From Candidatus Komeilibacteria bacterium (GTDB lineage Bacteria; Patescibacteriota; Patescibacteriia; UBA1558; GWA2-36-10), in contig JABHZY010000017.1 in NCBI GenBank assembly GCA_018656065.1, positions 20,873 through 84,872 on the forward strand: a stretch of 64,000 bases of DNA, given 5' to 3'. A program made the translations under genes and the position numbers. This document shows positions 17,089-26,278 of this stretch, one piece after another (the stretch's first letter is position 1; each line of letters begins with the position of its first letter). The notes beneath the pieces were generated by a model. The model saw nothing but the letters and a program-made list of their open reading frames with translations. It did not search any database and was not told the DNA's origin.

Positions 17089-18653
17089 ATAATTTTATAA
17101 ATTATAGTTTCGCTGTCTTGAAAAACCTCAATTGCATTTTGGTCTATTGTAAGATTACGCATTAAATTACCATGAGTTGATTTTTCTACAAATATGTAGT
17201 TAGCCCTAAAATCTTCTTTTATATATTTAGAAACATCATATAAAATATTACCATAGTTTATTTCTCTGTATAGGGTGTGTATTTGTGAATCGTAATTTTC
17301 CATAAAAGTTGGATCTAGGCCAACTATGTAATAATTTTGGTCATTATGATAGAACAAAACTGGCCACTCATCCCAATCACTATGAAAAATTACAGATCTT
17401 GGTTCGGTATTATTAGCTAGCCAAACGGCGGCATCTTTATATTTGTCCGTAGAATACGCATCAGATAGTTTTACATGCAATATTCGTTCATAAGTAATAG
17501 GCATAATTAAGATTAAAAGCATTAGTGTAGAAGTGCCCAGATATATCTTTAGTTGTTTTGATAAGCTATGCCAGGCTTTTTTTAATTTTGTTACATTAAC
17601 AAAGCTTTTGATATCTTTACTAGCGCTAGCTACAAAAAGTAACGTGAAAGGCATATAATATTCTACATATCTTTGTGACTTGGCGGTTAGAATTATAAAA
17701 ATCATGGCCATTATGAAAGAAAACCAAGTTAAACGACTGATTTTTTTTATTTGAAAAAACAAAATTAAGAAACAAATAGATCCAGCTATAAAAAGGTGTG
17801 GTGCTGATGATATTATTTTTGTTATGCTTACGCCATACCATTCACCGCCTACGGTAAATTGGTTTCCCATATTCACTACGCCAATTTGTAAAAATTGTTG
17901 GTAATAAAGGTATAGATTTTGCGGCCAGTATGGATTTATTAACACGCCTAATCCAAGTCCAATTAAAAGGTATGAAGATATTTTGAGAGTTGGTTGGGGT
18001 TTTTTGTGGAGAGCAAATAAATGTAGAGTTTGATGCCAGAATATTTTGAATTTGTTAACATGTATTTTTTGGTATATTTTATGAGCTAGTAGATATACAC
18101 CTAATATTAATATAGCTAGTGGCCATCCGCCATAGAGCCAGACAAATAAAAAACCCAGCACTAGAGCTAAAATATTTTTTTTCTCAAATAAAGCATAAAT
18201 AATAAGCCAGATTATTAATATAGAAAGACTATTAGCTTTAATTAGTGACACTCTAAAATTTAGACCATTAAGTAATAAAAATCCCAAGGCAAAATAAAAA
18301 GCCCCAGGAATATACATTTTTTTCAGTAACCAATAAAATCCCAAGACCATTAAAACAGAAAAAATTACAGCAGATATTTTTACGCCTATCAGAGGATCAA
18401 AAAAATATGTAAATGGAACTAATAACAGGTGATAAAGTAAGTGATGATCAGTAAAGCTATCCCGCAGACTAGCAAACTGCATCCAAGGTAGACTTTCTAT
18501 TAATCTGCCCTCACTTAGCCATTTAGCTAATTTAGCATGATAAAAACCATCTGGGTCACCAATAAAGTTATTCCACTGTATTTGACCATAAAAGACTGAC
18601 ATTATGATAGTCAGCCATAGGTATTTCCAATCCCATTTTTTTGATTTTGTCAT
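17085..18653 (-). CDS. GT-C fold membrane protein with an STT3/AglB/PglB-like signature
   Basis: Polytopic. First loop GDPDGFYH (DxD-like). After the last TM, SVIFHSDWDEWPVLFYHNDQNYYIVGLD resembles the SVVVTWWDYGYPVRYYSD..VDGG region of PglB. Confidence 0.55.
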   Translation of the reverse strand: MTKSKKWDWKYLWLTIIMSVFYGQIQWNNFIGDPDGFYHAKLAKWLSEGRLIESLPWMQFASLRDSFTDHHLLYHLLLVPFTYFFDPLIGVKISAVIFSVLMVLGFYWLLKKMYIPGAFYFALGFLLLNGLNFRVSLIKANSLSILIIWLIIYALFEKKNILALVLGFLFVWLYGGWPLAILILGVYLLAHKIYQKIHVNKFKIFWHQTLHLFALHKKPQPTLKISSYLLIGLGLGVLINPYWPQNLYLYYQQFLQIGVVNMGNQFTVGGEWYGVSITKIISSAPHLFIAGSICFLILFFQIKKISRLTWFSFIMAMIFIILTAKSQRYVEYYMPFTLLFVASASKDIKSFVNVTKLKKAWHSLSKQLKIYLGTSTLMLLILIMPITYERILHVKLSDAYSTDKYKDAAVWLANNTEPRSVIFHSDWDEWPVLFYHNDQNYYIVGLDPTFMENYDSQIHTLYREINYGNILYDVSKYIKEDFRANYIFVEKSTHGNLMRNLTIDQNAIEVFQDSETIIYKII

Positions 18654-18690
18654 AGCTTTATTTTATCAAAAATTAACTTAATAATAAAGC

Positions 18691-18733
18691 ATTTAAATAA
18701 AAAATCTCCGCCAGGCACGGACGCGGAGATTTT
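18691..18733 (-). terminator. Intrinsic-terminator-like hairpin inside the 5' leader of the GT-C gene
   Basis: An 11-bp stem pairs 18701-18711 with 18723-18733. On the minus strand it is followed by TTTTTTATTT, and it lies about 45 nt upstream of ATG 18653. Confidence 0.45.
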
Positions 18734-18881
18734 AGAGAAATAATTAATATCTGTATCTTATTATTTAAAGTTCCATCAGTCAAGTGGATAGTTAATTTTA
18801 TAATTAAAAAGTGGTTTTTAGCATTGATTTTTTGACCTATTATTGATAAGATGATACCAGAAATTGATTAAAATATATATT

Positions 18882-19589
18882 ATGAGTGGACACAGTAAAT
18901 GGTCAACAATTAAACGTGCCAAAGAGGGAAAAGACGCTAAGCGTAGTAATTTATTTACTAAGTTATCCAAAAATATAGCTGTAGCCGCTAGAGATGGAGC
19001 AGATCCAGAAATGAATTTTAAATTGAGGATGGCTATTGATAAAGCTAGATCTTTATCTATGCCTAAAGACAATATAGAAAGAGCTATTAAAAAAGGTAGT
19101 GGTGATGATGACAGTGCTCGAATTGAAAGTTATTTATATGAAGGTTATGGACCAGGTGGAGTAGCTCTGATTGTTGAGATTTTGACAGATAATAAAAATA
19201 GAAGTGTATCTAATTTAAAGCATATTTTAACAAAACACGGAGGAAATTTAGGAGGAGATGGCAGTGTGCAGTGGATGTTTGCTACTAAAGGACAGATTAG
19301 TTTAGATAAAGCTAGCTTGAATGATGATGAAGAAATGCAGATTATTGAAGCTGGAGCTGAAGACATAGATACTAGTGATGAGAAAATAAAAGTAATTACC
19401 GCTTTAGATAATTTAGAAGCTGTTAAAAATAAATTACAAGAGAGTAGCTTTGAAGTGGAATCTTCTGAGATGATTTACTTAGCCAAAGAAAAAGTGGTTC
19501 CGACTAAAGAAGAGCAACTTTTAAATCTAATGAATTCTTTAGACGATGACGATGACGTTAATAATATTTATACTAACGCGGAGATTTAA
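18882..19589 (+). CDS. yebC: YebC/PmpR-family DNA-binding regulator
   Basis: The N-terminus MSGHSKWSTIKRAK is diagnostic. Start ATG 18882. Confidence 0.9.
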   Translation: MSGHSKWSTIKRAKEGKDAKRSNLFTKLSKNIAVAARDGADPEMNFKLRMAIDKARSLSMPKDNIERAIKKGSGDDDSARIESYLYEGYGPGGVALIVEILTDNKNRSVSNLKHILTKHGGNLGGDGSVQWMFATKGQISLDKASLNDDEEMQIIEAGAEDIDTSDEKIKVITALDNLEAVKNKLQESSFEVESSEMIYLAKEKVVPTKEEQLLNLMNSLDDDDDVNNIYTNAEI

Positions 19590-20083
19590 TGTCTAAATCT
19601 AATAAAATTATTTTAGGGCTTGATCCAGGCTTTGCTGATACTGGCTGGGGAGTGATTGATAAGGATGGTGCTAGTATAAAGTTTGTGGCTACTGGGAGTA
19701 TTCAAACTTCTAAGGAAGAAGAATTTGTTAATCGTTTAGAAATTATATATAAGGAGGTAGATAAGTTAATAAAAAAGTATAGGCCGGACATCATAGCTGT
19801 AGAAAAATTATTTTTTGCTAAAAATGTGAAAACAGCTTTAGATGTTGGGCAAGCAAGAGGGGTGCTTCTTTTATCTATTATAAAAAATAAAAAAGAATTT
19901 TTAGAATTTACTCCTTTACAGATAAAGCAGGCAGTTTGTGCCAATGGGCATGCTAATAAGAGACAAGTAGGGCTAATGGTTAAAACCATACTAAACTTGA
20001 AAGCCGTGCCTAAACCTGATGATGCAGCTGATGCTTTAGCTGTTGCAATTACTGCCTCGTTTTTTAATAAAAAATTAGTTTAA
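19589..20083 (+). CDS. ruvC: Holliday junction resolvase RuvC
   Basis: Motifs ILGLDPGFADTGWGVI and PDDAADALAVAI. Its start overlaps the yebC stop. Confidence 0.9.
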   Translation: MSKSNKIILGLDPGFADTGWGVIDKDGASIKFVATGSIQTSKEEEFVNRLEIIYKEVDKLIKKYRPDIIAVEKLFFAKNVKTALDVGQARGVLLLSIIKNKKEFLEFTPLQIKQAVCANGHANKRQVGLMVKTILNLKAVPKPDDAADALAVAITASFFNKKLV

Positions 20084-20086
20084 AAA

Positions 20087-21571
20087 ATGCCAAAGAAATT
20101 AAAAATAGTATCAATTGCTTCAGAAGTTGATCCATATTCAAAAACAGGTGGATTAGGTGATGTGGCCAGATCTTTACCAAAATCTTTAACTAGGCTAGGT
20201 AATAAGGTTATTATTATTACGCCTTTTTATAAAAAATTTATTGATCGTAAAGCTCATAAACTAGAAAAGATTTATAGTGATGTTAGTCTTCATATTGATA
20301 AAAAAAATGAAGTGAAAGTTGCCTATTACCGAGCAGAATTAATGCCAGATTTAGAGGTTTATTTTGTAAGTAATGACAAATATTTTTCTCGTCGTAAAAA
20401 TCTCTATGGTTCTAGTCATGAAAATGCTCGTTTTTATTTATTTGATGTCGCTGCTTTGAAATTAATATCACTTTTAAAATTTAAGGCTGATATTATTCAT
20501 TGTCATGATTGGCATGCTGGACTTATTCCATACCTTAAGAAAACTCGTTTTAAAAAAAGTCAGACCTTAGCTAAAGCAGCTACAGTTTATACTATTCATA
20601 ATATGGTTTTCCAAATGGGCCAGGCTTGGTGGGAAGTGCCACTAAAGAAAAAAGACAAAGGTATAAAAGGTCTACCTTTATTTCATGACCCCAATATAGA
20701 ATATATAAATTTTGCTAAGCGAGGGATATTAGAAGCCGATGTTATTAATACAGTGTCAGAAACTTATGCTGAAGAAATACTAAATAAGAGCTTCGGCCAA
20801 GATTTGCATAGGGTTTTGAAAAATCGTAAGCATAAGTTATTTGGTGTGGTAAATGGAATTGACTATAAAGATTTTAATCCCAAGAATGATCCTAGTATTT
20901 ACAAAAATTATGATCATAAAAATATTAAACGCAAAAAAGAAAATAAAAAATATATACAAAAATTATTTAAACTACCAGTTAATGAAGATGTTCCGATTCT
21001 TTGTAGCACTTCTAGGATTGCATTTCAAAAAGGCTTTGATTTGATACTGAAAATCATCTATCAACTAATGCGTTTTGATTTGCAGATTATTATCATAGGT
21101 AGTGGGGACAAAAATTATATAAAAGAGCTTAAAAAAGTGGCTAAGAAATATCCAGAAAAGTTGGCCATCATACCATCTCATGAAAAAAATCAAAAATATG
21201 AGACTCAAGTTTATGCTGGTTCTGATTTATTACTACTGCCTTCACATTATGAACCTTGTGGTATTAATCAAATGAAGAGTTTTCGTTACGGTTGTGTGCC
21301 GATTGTTAGAAATACTGGAGGGCTTAGTGATACAGTAATTAATTTTGAGCCAGGCAGTAAAAAAGGCAATGGTTTTACTTTTAAAGATTATAATGAAAAA
21401 GAATTATTGATTGCAATTACCAGAGCTTTAGAAACATTTAAATATAAAAAAGTTTGGCGAGATTTAGCCTGCCGAGGCATGAAACCATCATTCTCTTGGG
21501 AGCTACCCGCTAAAAAATATATTCAACTATATAAGAAAGCAATAAAATTTAAAAAAGAAAATGGTAAATAA
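20087..21571 (+). CDS. glgA: Glycogen/starch synthase (GT5), copy 1
   Basis: N-terminal SKTGGLGDVARSLP, CHDWHAG, and C-terminal EPCGINQM..RNTGGLSDTV. Confidence 0.85.
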   Translation: MPKKLKIVSIASEVDPYSKTGGLGDVARSLPKSLTRLGNKVIIITPFYKKFIDRKAHKLEKIYSDVSLHIDKKNEVKVAYYRAELMPDLEVYFVSNDKYFSRRKNLYGSSHENARFYLFDVAALKLISLLKFKADIIHCHDWHAGLIPYLKKTRFKKSQTLAKAATVYTIHNMVFQMGQAWWEVPLKKKDKGIKGLPLFHDPNIEYINFAKRGILEADVINTVSETYAEEILNKSFGQDLHRVLKNRKHKLFGVVNGIDYKDFNPKNDPSIYKNYDHKNIKRKKENKKYIQKLFKLPVNEDVPILCSTSRIAFQKGFDLILKIIYQLMRFDLQIIIIGSGDKNYIKELKKVAKKYPEKLAIIPSHEKNQKYETQVYAGSDLLLLPSHYEPCGINQMKSFRYGCVPIVRNTGGLSDTVINFEPGSKKGNGFTFKDYNEKELLIAITRALETFKYKKVWRDLACRGMKPSFSWELPAKKYIQLYKKAIKFKKENGK

Positions 21572-22718
21572 AATAACTTGGGTAAATTTTTTACATATTT
21601 ATCAACCGCCCTGGCAAAACGAAGGGGTGATTGATCAAATATCTTCAGAGAGCTATGAATATTTGATAACTTTATTTGAAAAGTATCCAAATTTTAGAAC
21701 TAGTTTAAATATTACTGGTAATTTAGTAGAGCAATTAGATAATTATCGTCCAGACTTGATCAAGCGCTTACAAGCCTTGGTGAGTAAAGGTCATATTGAG
21801 TTAACTTCCAGTTCTAAATACCACGCTCTTTTGCCTCTGCTTTCTAAATCAGAGATACAAAGGCAGATTGAGCTTAATCAAGAAGTTTTGGCGCAATATT
21901 TTGATTTAGATAAAATTAAAGGTTTTTATATGCCGGAGATGGCTTATTCAGATGATGTAGCCAAGATTGTCAAAAAATTAAATTTTGAATGGATTATACT
22001 TGATCCAATAAATTATAAAGACGATGTCGTTGAAGACACTTTATATATTCATAAAAAAACTAAGTTAAAAATTGCTTTTAGAAATAGAACCATATCCAAA
22101 GCTTATCCAGCTGAAGTGATTTATAAAAAATTGAAAAAAAATGCTCCAGCAGAAACTATTGTGACGGGTAGCGATGGAGAGATATATGGTCATTTTCATG
22201 AAGATTGGCAGGGGCATATAGAAAAAGTATTAGCCAATAAGAACGTAGAACTTCAGACAGTTGGAAAATATTTATCTTCTTTAGATCAAGTTAAGAAAAT
22301 ATCACTGAGAGATGCTTCATGGGAGAGTTTACCGACAGAGCTAAGTCAAAAGATTCCTTTTGCTTTATGGAATGATCCAAAAAATAAAATTCATAAATCA
22401 CTTTGGAAGCTAGTATCTTTAGCTACTAAACTAATAGATAAGTATAAAGAAGATAAAAATTGGCATTGGGCTAGAAATCATTTGGACAGAGGCGTATCAT
22501 CTTGCACTTTTTGGTGGGCATCAGGTAAAAAGCCTTCGGATTTTTCTCCACTTACTTGGAATCCAGATATGATAGACAATGGTGCTGAAGAATTGATTAA
22601 AGCTATTCGGTCATTGGACTCCGCTAGTGCCAAAGATAAAATAAAAGCAGAAAAAATTTATATTGATATTAAGAAAAATACTTGGACAGATCACTGGAAC
22701 AAGTATAATAAAAAATAA
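21561..22718 (+). CDS. GH57-like glycoside hydrolase domain protein
   Basis: N-terminal WVNFLHIYQPPWQ resembles the GH57 N-terminal HQP motif. At 385 aa it is short for GH57. It overlaps glgA by 11 nt. Confidence 0.55.
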   Translation: MVNKITWVNFLHIYQPPWQNEGVIDQISSESYEYLITLFEKYPNFRTSLNITGNLVEQLDNYRPDLIKRLQALVSKGHIELTSSSKYHALLPLLSKSEIQRQIELNQEVLAQYFDLDKIKGFYMPEMAYSDDVAKIVKKLNFEWIILDPINYKDDVVEDTLYIHKKTKLKIAFRNRTISKAYPAEVIYKKLKKNAPAETIVTGSDGEIYGHFHEDWQGHIEKVLANKNVELQTVGKYLSSLDQVKKISLRDASWESLPTELSQKIPFALWNDPKNKIHKSLWKLVSLATKLIDKYKEDKNWHWARNHLDRGVSSCTFWWASGKKPSDFSPLTWNPDMIDNGAEELIKAIRSLDSASAKDKIKAEKIYIDIKKNTWTDHWNKYNKK

Positions 22719-22721
22719 ATT

Positions 22722-23789
22722 ATGAAGTTATCAGAAAAAACTAAGCAGAGGATTTCTAAGTTGGTAGAAAAGGATTTTGTAATAAACACTTTAAATGAAC
22801 GCTTACCAAAGTATTACAAAGATTTTAAAACTATAAAAAGCGTTAAGTTGGACCCCTTTAAACGTCACCTGGGAGTGACTAGTGCAGTATTTGTAGTAGA
22901 GTATAAAATAAAATATATTAACTTGGAAGGAAAAATTAAAGATATAGATATTTTTGTATCAGCTCATTCTGATGGTTCACGTAAAGGAGCCTATCAAAAA
23001 ACTAAAGCCCTATATAATCATGGTTTTGATAAGGGGAACTATAGAGTAACTAAGCCTTTATTTTTTCTAGCAGAGCAAAAAGCATTTTTTTATGTCTCCT
23101 CGCCCGGTAGAAGCTTTTTTAATTTTTTTACTCAGGATACTTCAAGTGATTTAGAGAATTCTATGGAGCTTATTACTGGCTGGATAAAAAAACTACATAA
23201 GATTGATATTAAAACTGTTGATTTTAAGTGGCCTAGCTTTGATATTTTAAAGATGGTACCAGCGCCAGCAAGCTTTATCAAAGATTTTAAGGATAGTGAT
23301 CCCCAGTTAGGCGCTAATATAGAAAAACTAGTAAATGACTTATCTAGAATGGACAGAAAATTTAGAAAAGATATTGGCAATATTTTGATATACGGCGATT
23401 TTCATCCAGAAAATATTATTATGCAAAGTCTGGAGGCCAAAGAAATAGAAATGATTGATTTTACTGATATTGCTCTGGGAGATCCAATGATGGATTTAGG
23501 TACATTTATTCAGCAGTTTGATTTTATGGGGCATAATTTTATTTCGCGGCAAGATATAGACAAATATAAACAATCTTTTGTAGAGGCTTATTTTGATCAG
23601 AAATTTGAAGATATTGATATAAAATATATAAATCGAATTAATCTTTATCAATCTTGGACAGCTATGCGCACTACTACATTTCTTTTTTATATGAAGGATG
23701 TCGTTAATCCCATAGATGATTTATTAGAAGATAGTATTCAATATTTAGAATTAGCTAAAAATAACCAAAGGTCTATTAATGTAAATTAG
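22722..23789 (+). CDS. Aminoglycoside-phosphotransferase-fold kinase (possible sugar/maltokinase-like)
   Basis: APH/choline kinase-type catalytic segment YGDFHPENIIM ... IDFTDIALGDP. Confidence 0.6.
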   Translation: MKLSEKTKQRISKLVEKDFVINTLNERLPKYYKDFKTIKSVKLDPFKRHLGVTSAVFVVEYKIKYINLEGKIKDIDIFVSAHSDGSRKGAYQKTKALYNHGFDKGNYRVTKPLFFLAEQKAFFYVSSPGRSFFNFFTQDTSSDLENSMELITGWIKKLHKIDIKTVDFKWPSFDILKMVPAPASFIKDFKDSDPQLGANIEKLVNDLSRMDRKFRKDIGNILIYGDFHPENIIMQSLEAKEIEMIDFTDIALGDPMMDLGTFIQQFDFMGHNFISRQDIDKYKQSFVEAYFDQKFEDIDIKYINRINLYQSWTAMRTTTFLFYMKDVVNPIDDLLEDSIQYLELAKNNQRSINVN

Positions 23790-23790
23790 T

Positions 23791-24369
23791 ATGAAAAATC
23801 CAAAACATAATATAATATTTGAAGGGCCAGAATTGGTGGGCAAGAGTTATTTGATGAGCCAAGTTTATAATTATTTAGAGCCAAAATATAATAGTGGCGG
23901 CAAAATAATGGATGGCTGTCATTGGTTTAATTGCGATGTGGGAATTTTTGGTACAGCTTTTGGCCAAATAACTTTACAAAAGTATCTAGAGTTATTTGAA
24001 GAGATAAATGACACCAATGTCATGGCGGAAAAATTTCATTTAACAGAGGCTGTTTATCAAAAGCTCTATAATAATAAAGATTTTGATTTTTCAGCCATAG
24101 AGGATAGACTAGCTAAAATAAATACTAAAATAATTTTATTAATTTTTGATGAAGATGAAGAACTTCTAGCCAAAAGACTTAAAGATAGATTAGAGCTTTA
24201 TCCTCACTATAGTCGAATAGCTCAGACTCCAGCAGATTATATTAAACAGCAACAGCTATATTTAGAATTAATTAAAAAAAGTAAACTAGATTATTTAATT
24301 ATCAATTCATCCAAACTGCCCAATCCGTCTTTGGTGGATAAAATATTATCGTTTTTGCGAGAAAAATAG
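23791..24369 (+). CDS. P-loop kinase-like protein (dNK/TMPK-like)
   Basis: N-terminal IIFEGPELVGKSYL resembles the EGxxGxGKS/T P-loop of nucleoside or nucleotide kinases. The assignment is weak. Confidence 0.4.
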   Translation: MKNPKHNIIFEGPELVGKSYLMSQVYNYLEPKYNSGGKIMDGCHWFNCDVGIFGTAFGQITLQKYLELFEEINDTNVMAEKFHLTEAVYQKLYNNKDFDFSAIEDRLAKINTKIILLIFDEDEELLAKRLKDRLELYPHYSRIAQTPADYIKQQQLYLELIKKSKLDYLIINSSKLPNPSLVDKILSFLREK

Positions 24370-24393
24370 TACAATATTTACATTGTATAAGTT

Positions 24394-26223
24394 ATGAATT
24401 TTTTTAAAAAATATTCACATAAATTTCTTTGGGGGTTTATTTTTATTTACATAATACTTTTTTCATTCCTAAGTCTTAAGAAATATTATGGATTCGAATA
24501 CAATATTTTTGATTTAGCTATTTTTAATCAAGTCTTTTTTAATACTGTAAATGGTCGTTGGTTTGAATTGACAATTAATTTAAATAATTATTTGGGAGAT
24601 CATTTTACTCCAATTATATTTTTTCTTTTGCCAATATATAAAATATGGCCTAATCCACAAACATTATTGGTTATGCAGAGTGCGATTATAGGGCTTTCTG
24701 CTTGGCCTATATATAAAATTACGCATTATAAAACATCAGATATTTTAGTGAGCCTAGGAGTAGCTTTTTTGTGGTTAGCTAATCCCTTTGTACACTCTGT
24801 TAATTTATTTGAATTTCATTTAATATCTTTTGCGGCATTTCTAATTTTTTGGACATTTTATTTTTACCAAATAAACAATTTTAAGTTATTTCTTTTATTT
24901 TTTATTCTTAGTTTATTAGTTAGGGAAGATATAGCTTTGATTTTGTTAGCCTTTTTCATTTTTTCATTTTTAGATAAAAAGACATTAAAATGGAAATTGA
25001 CGTCCTTAATATTACCTTTAGTATATTTTGTTTTAGCTATTTCTTTTATTAGATTTTTTTCTTTTTCGGGAAGCTATAAATTTTTAGCATTTTATGGCTG
25101 GCTAGGGGGAACAGATTTTATTTCTATAATGATGTCGTGGGCAGTAAATATCAAAGCACTTATAATTCATACTTTCAATCCTGTACAAACATTATATATA
25201 TTATATATTTTTTTACCTCTTCTTTTTATTCCATTATTAAGAATAAGGTATTTATTACTTTTATTAGCGCCATTAGCTGCAAATGTTTTAAGTATTAGTG
25301 GGTTTTTAACTTGGCAAGCGTATGCTCATTATACAATGTTTTTGTTGCCAGCGATTTTTATTTCTTTTATTTTTGCTTTAGTTGATTTAAAGAATTTTAA
25401 GAAGATATTGTTGATGGTTATTTTATTTACGTTTTATATGGCTTTATTTATTTCACCTCTTAAGAATACTCTATTGAAGAATCCTGATCATGAAAAAATA
25501 ATTTTAAGAAAGAATTTTTTAAATAAAATTAATAACGAAGAAAGTCTAGTGGTTTCAGAAAATTTTATGCCAAATCTCAGCAATAGAGAAGTTGTATATC
25601 CAATAAAATATCATTATCTAAGAAAGACGCAATTTTGTATAAAGAATTTTGATCCGCCTATGGTTAGTCAGGTTTTGATAGATTATCAAGATTTTATGTT
25701 GCAAGAATCATTTTTTAAAGATAGTCCGTTTTGTTCGAAATATTTGTTTCAGGAAACACCGTCTAATTTTAGGCGATATTTAGATAATTATAATTTATCA
25801 GAGATACATGATAATGTTTTATTGTGGAGAGCAGCGCAAGAGGAGTCTAATAAGGTTATCTATAAGATAGAACACAAGAAAGATGAATTAGTAGGTGTAA
25901 ATTCTTTTTTAGTAGATAGAAATTTAGAAGTTGAAGGTGAAGAAAAAATATTAAGCTTGCTTTTTCATAAGAAACCAGCCAATAATGATTATTTGATACG
26001 GTTTTATAAAGATAATAGTTATTATGATTTGATTTTTGATTATGGATTATTTAATGACAATGAATGGACCGACGATAAGAATATAAGGTTTTTTTACTAT
26101 TTAAGCGATGATGTAAAAGCTTATCAGATTTTTCAATTCTCATATAAAAACTTTATTAATTATAATAATATTATAGAGAATCAAAAAAAAGTTAAAGAGG
26201 TAACGGAGTTATTTAATATATAA
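24394..26223 (+). CDS. DUF2079-family polytopic membrane protein (copy 2)
   Basis: Collinear with 12935-14746 along its full length, and shares a 33-nt identical DNA run (24514-24546 = 13058-13090). Confidence 0.75.
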   Translation: MNFFKKYSHKFLWGFIFIYIILFSFLSLKKYYGFEYNIFDLAIFNQVFFNTVNGRWFELTINLNNYLGDHFTPIIFFLLPIYKIWPNPQTLLVMQSAIIGLSAWPIYKITHYKTSDILVSLGVAFLWLANPFVHSVNLFEFHLISFAAFLIFWTFYFYQINNFKLFLLFFILSLLVREDIALILLAFFIFSFLDKKTLKWKLTSLILPLVYFVLAISFIRFFSFSGSYKFLAFYGWLGGTDFISIMMSWAVNIKALIIHTFNPVQTLYILYIFLPLLFIPLLRIRYLLLLLAPLAANVLSISGFLTWQAYAHYTMFLLPAIFISFIFALVDLKNFKKILLMVILFTFYMALFISPLKNTLLKNPDHEKIILRKNFLNKINNEESLVVSENFMPNLSNREVVYPIKYHYLRKTQFCIKNFDPPMVSQVLIDYQDFMLQESFFKDSPFCSKYLFQETPSNFRRYLDNYNLSEIHDNVLLWRAAQEESNKVIYKIEHKKDELVGVNSFLVDRNLEVEGEEKILSLLFHKKPANNDYLIRFYKDNSYYDLIFDYGLFNDNEWTDDKNIRFFYYLSDDVKAYQIFQFSYKNFINYNNIIENQKKVKEVTELFNI

Positions 26224-26278
26224 TAATAATTACTTAAACATCCTTTTTATTAAGGGTGTTTTTTGATATAATAAGTTT

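Noticed and set aside
18818-19072. An 84-aa minus-strand ORF overlapping the yebC 5' end.
   Set aside because: It is antisense to a well-supported conserved gene and has no initiation signals.
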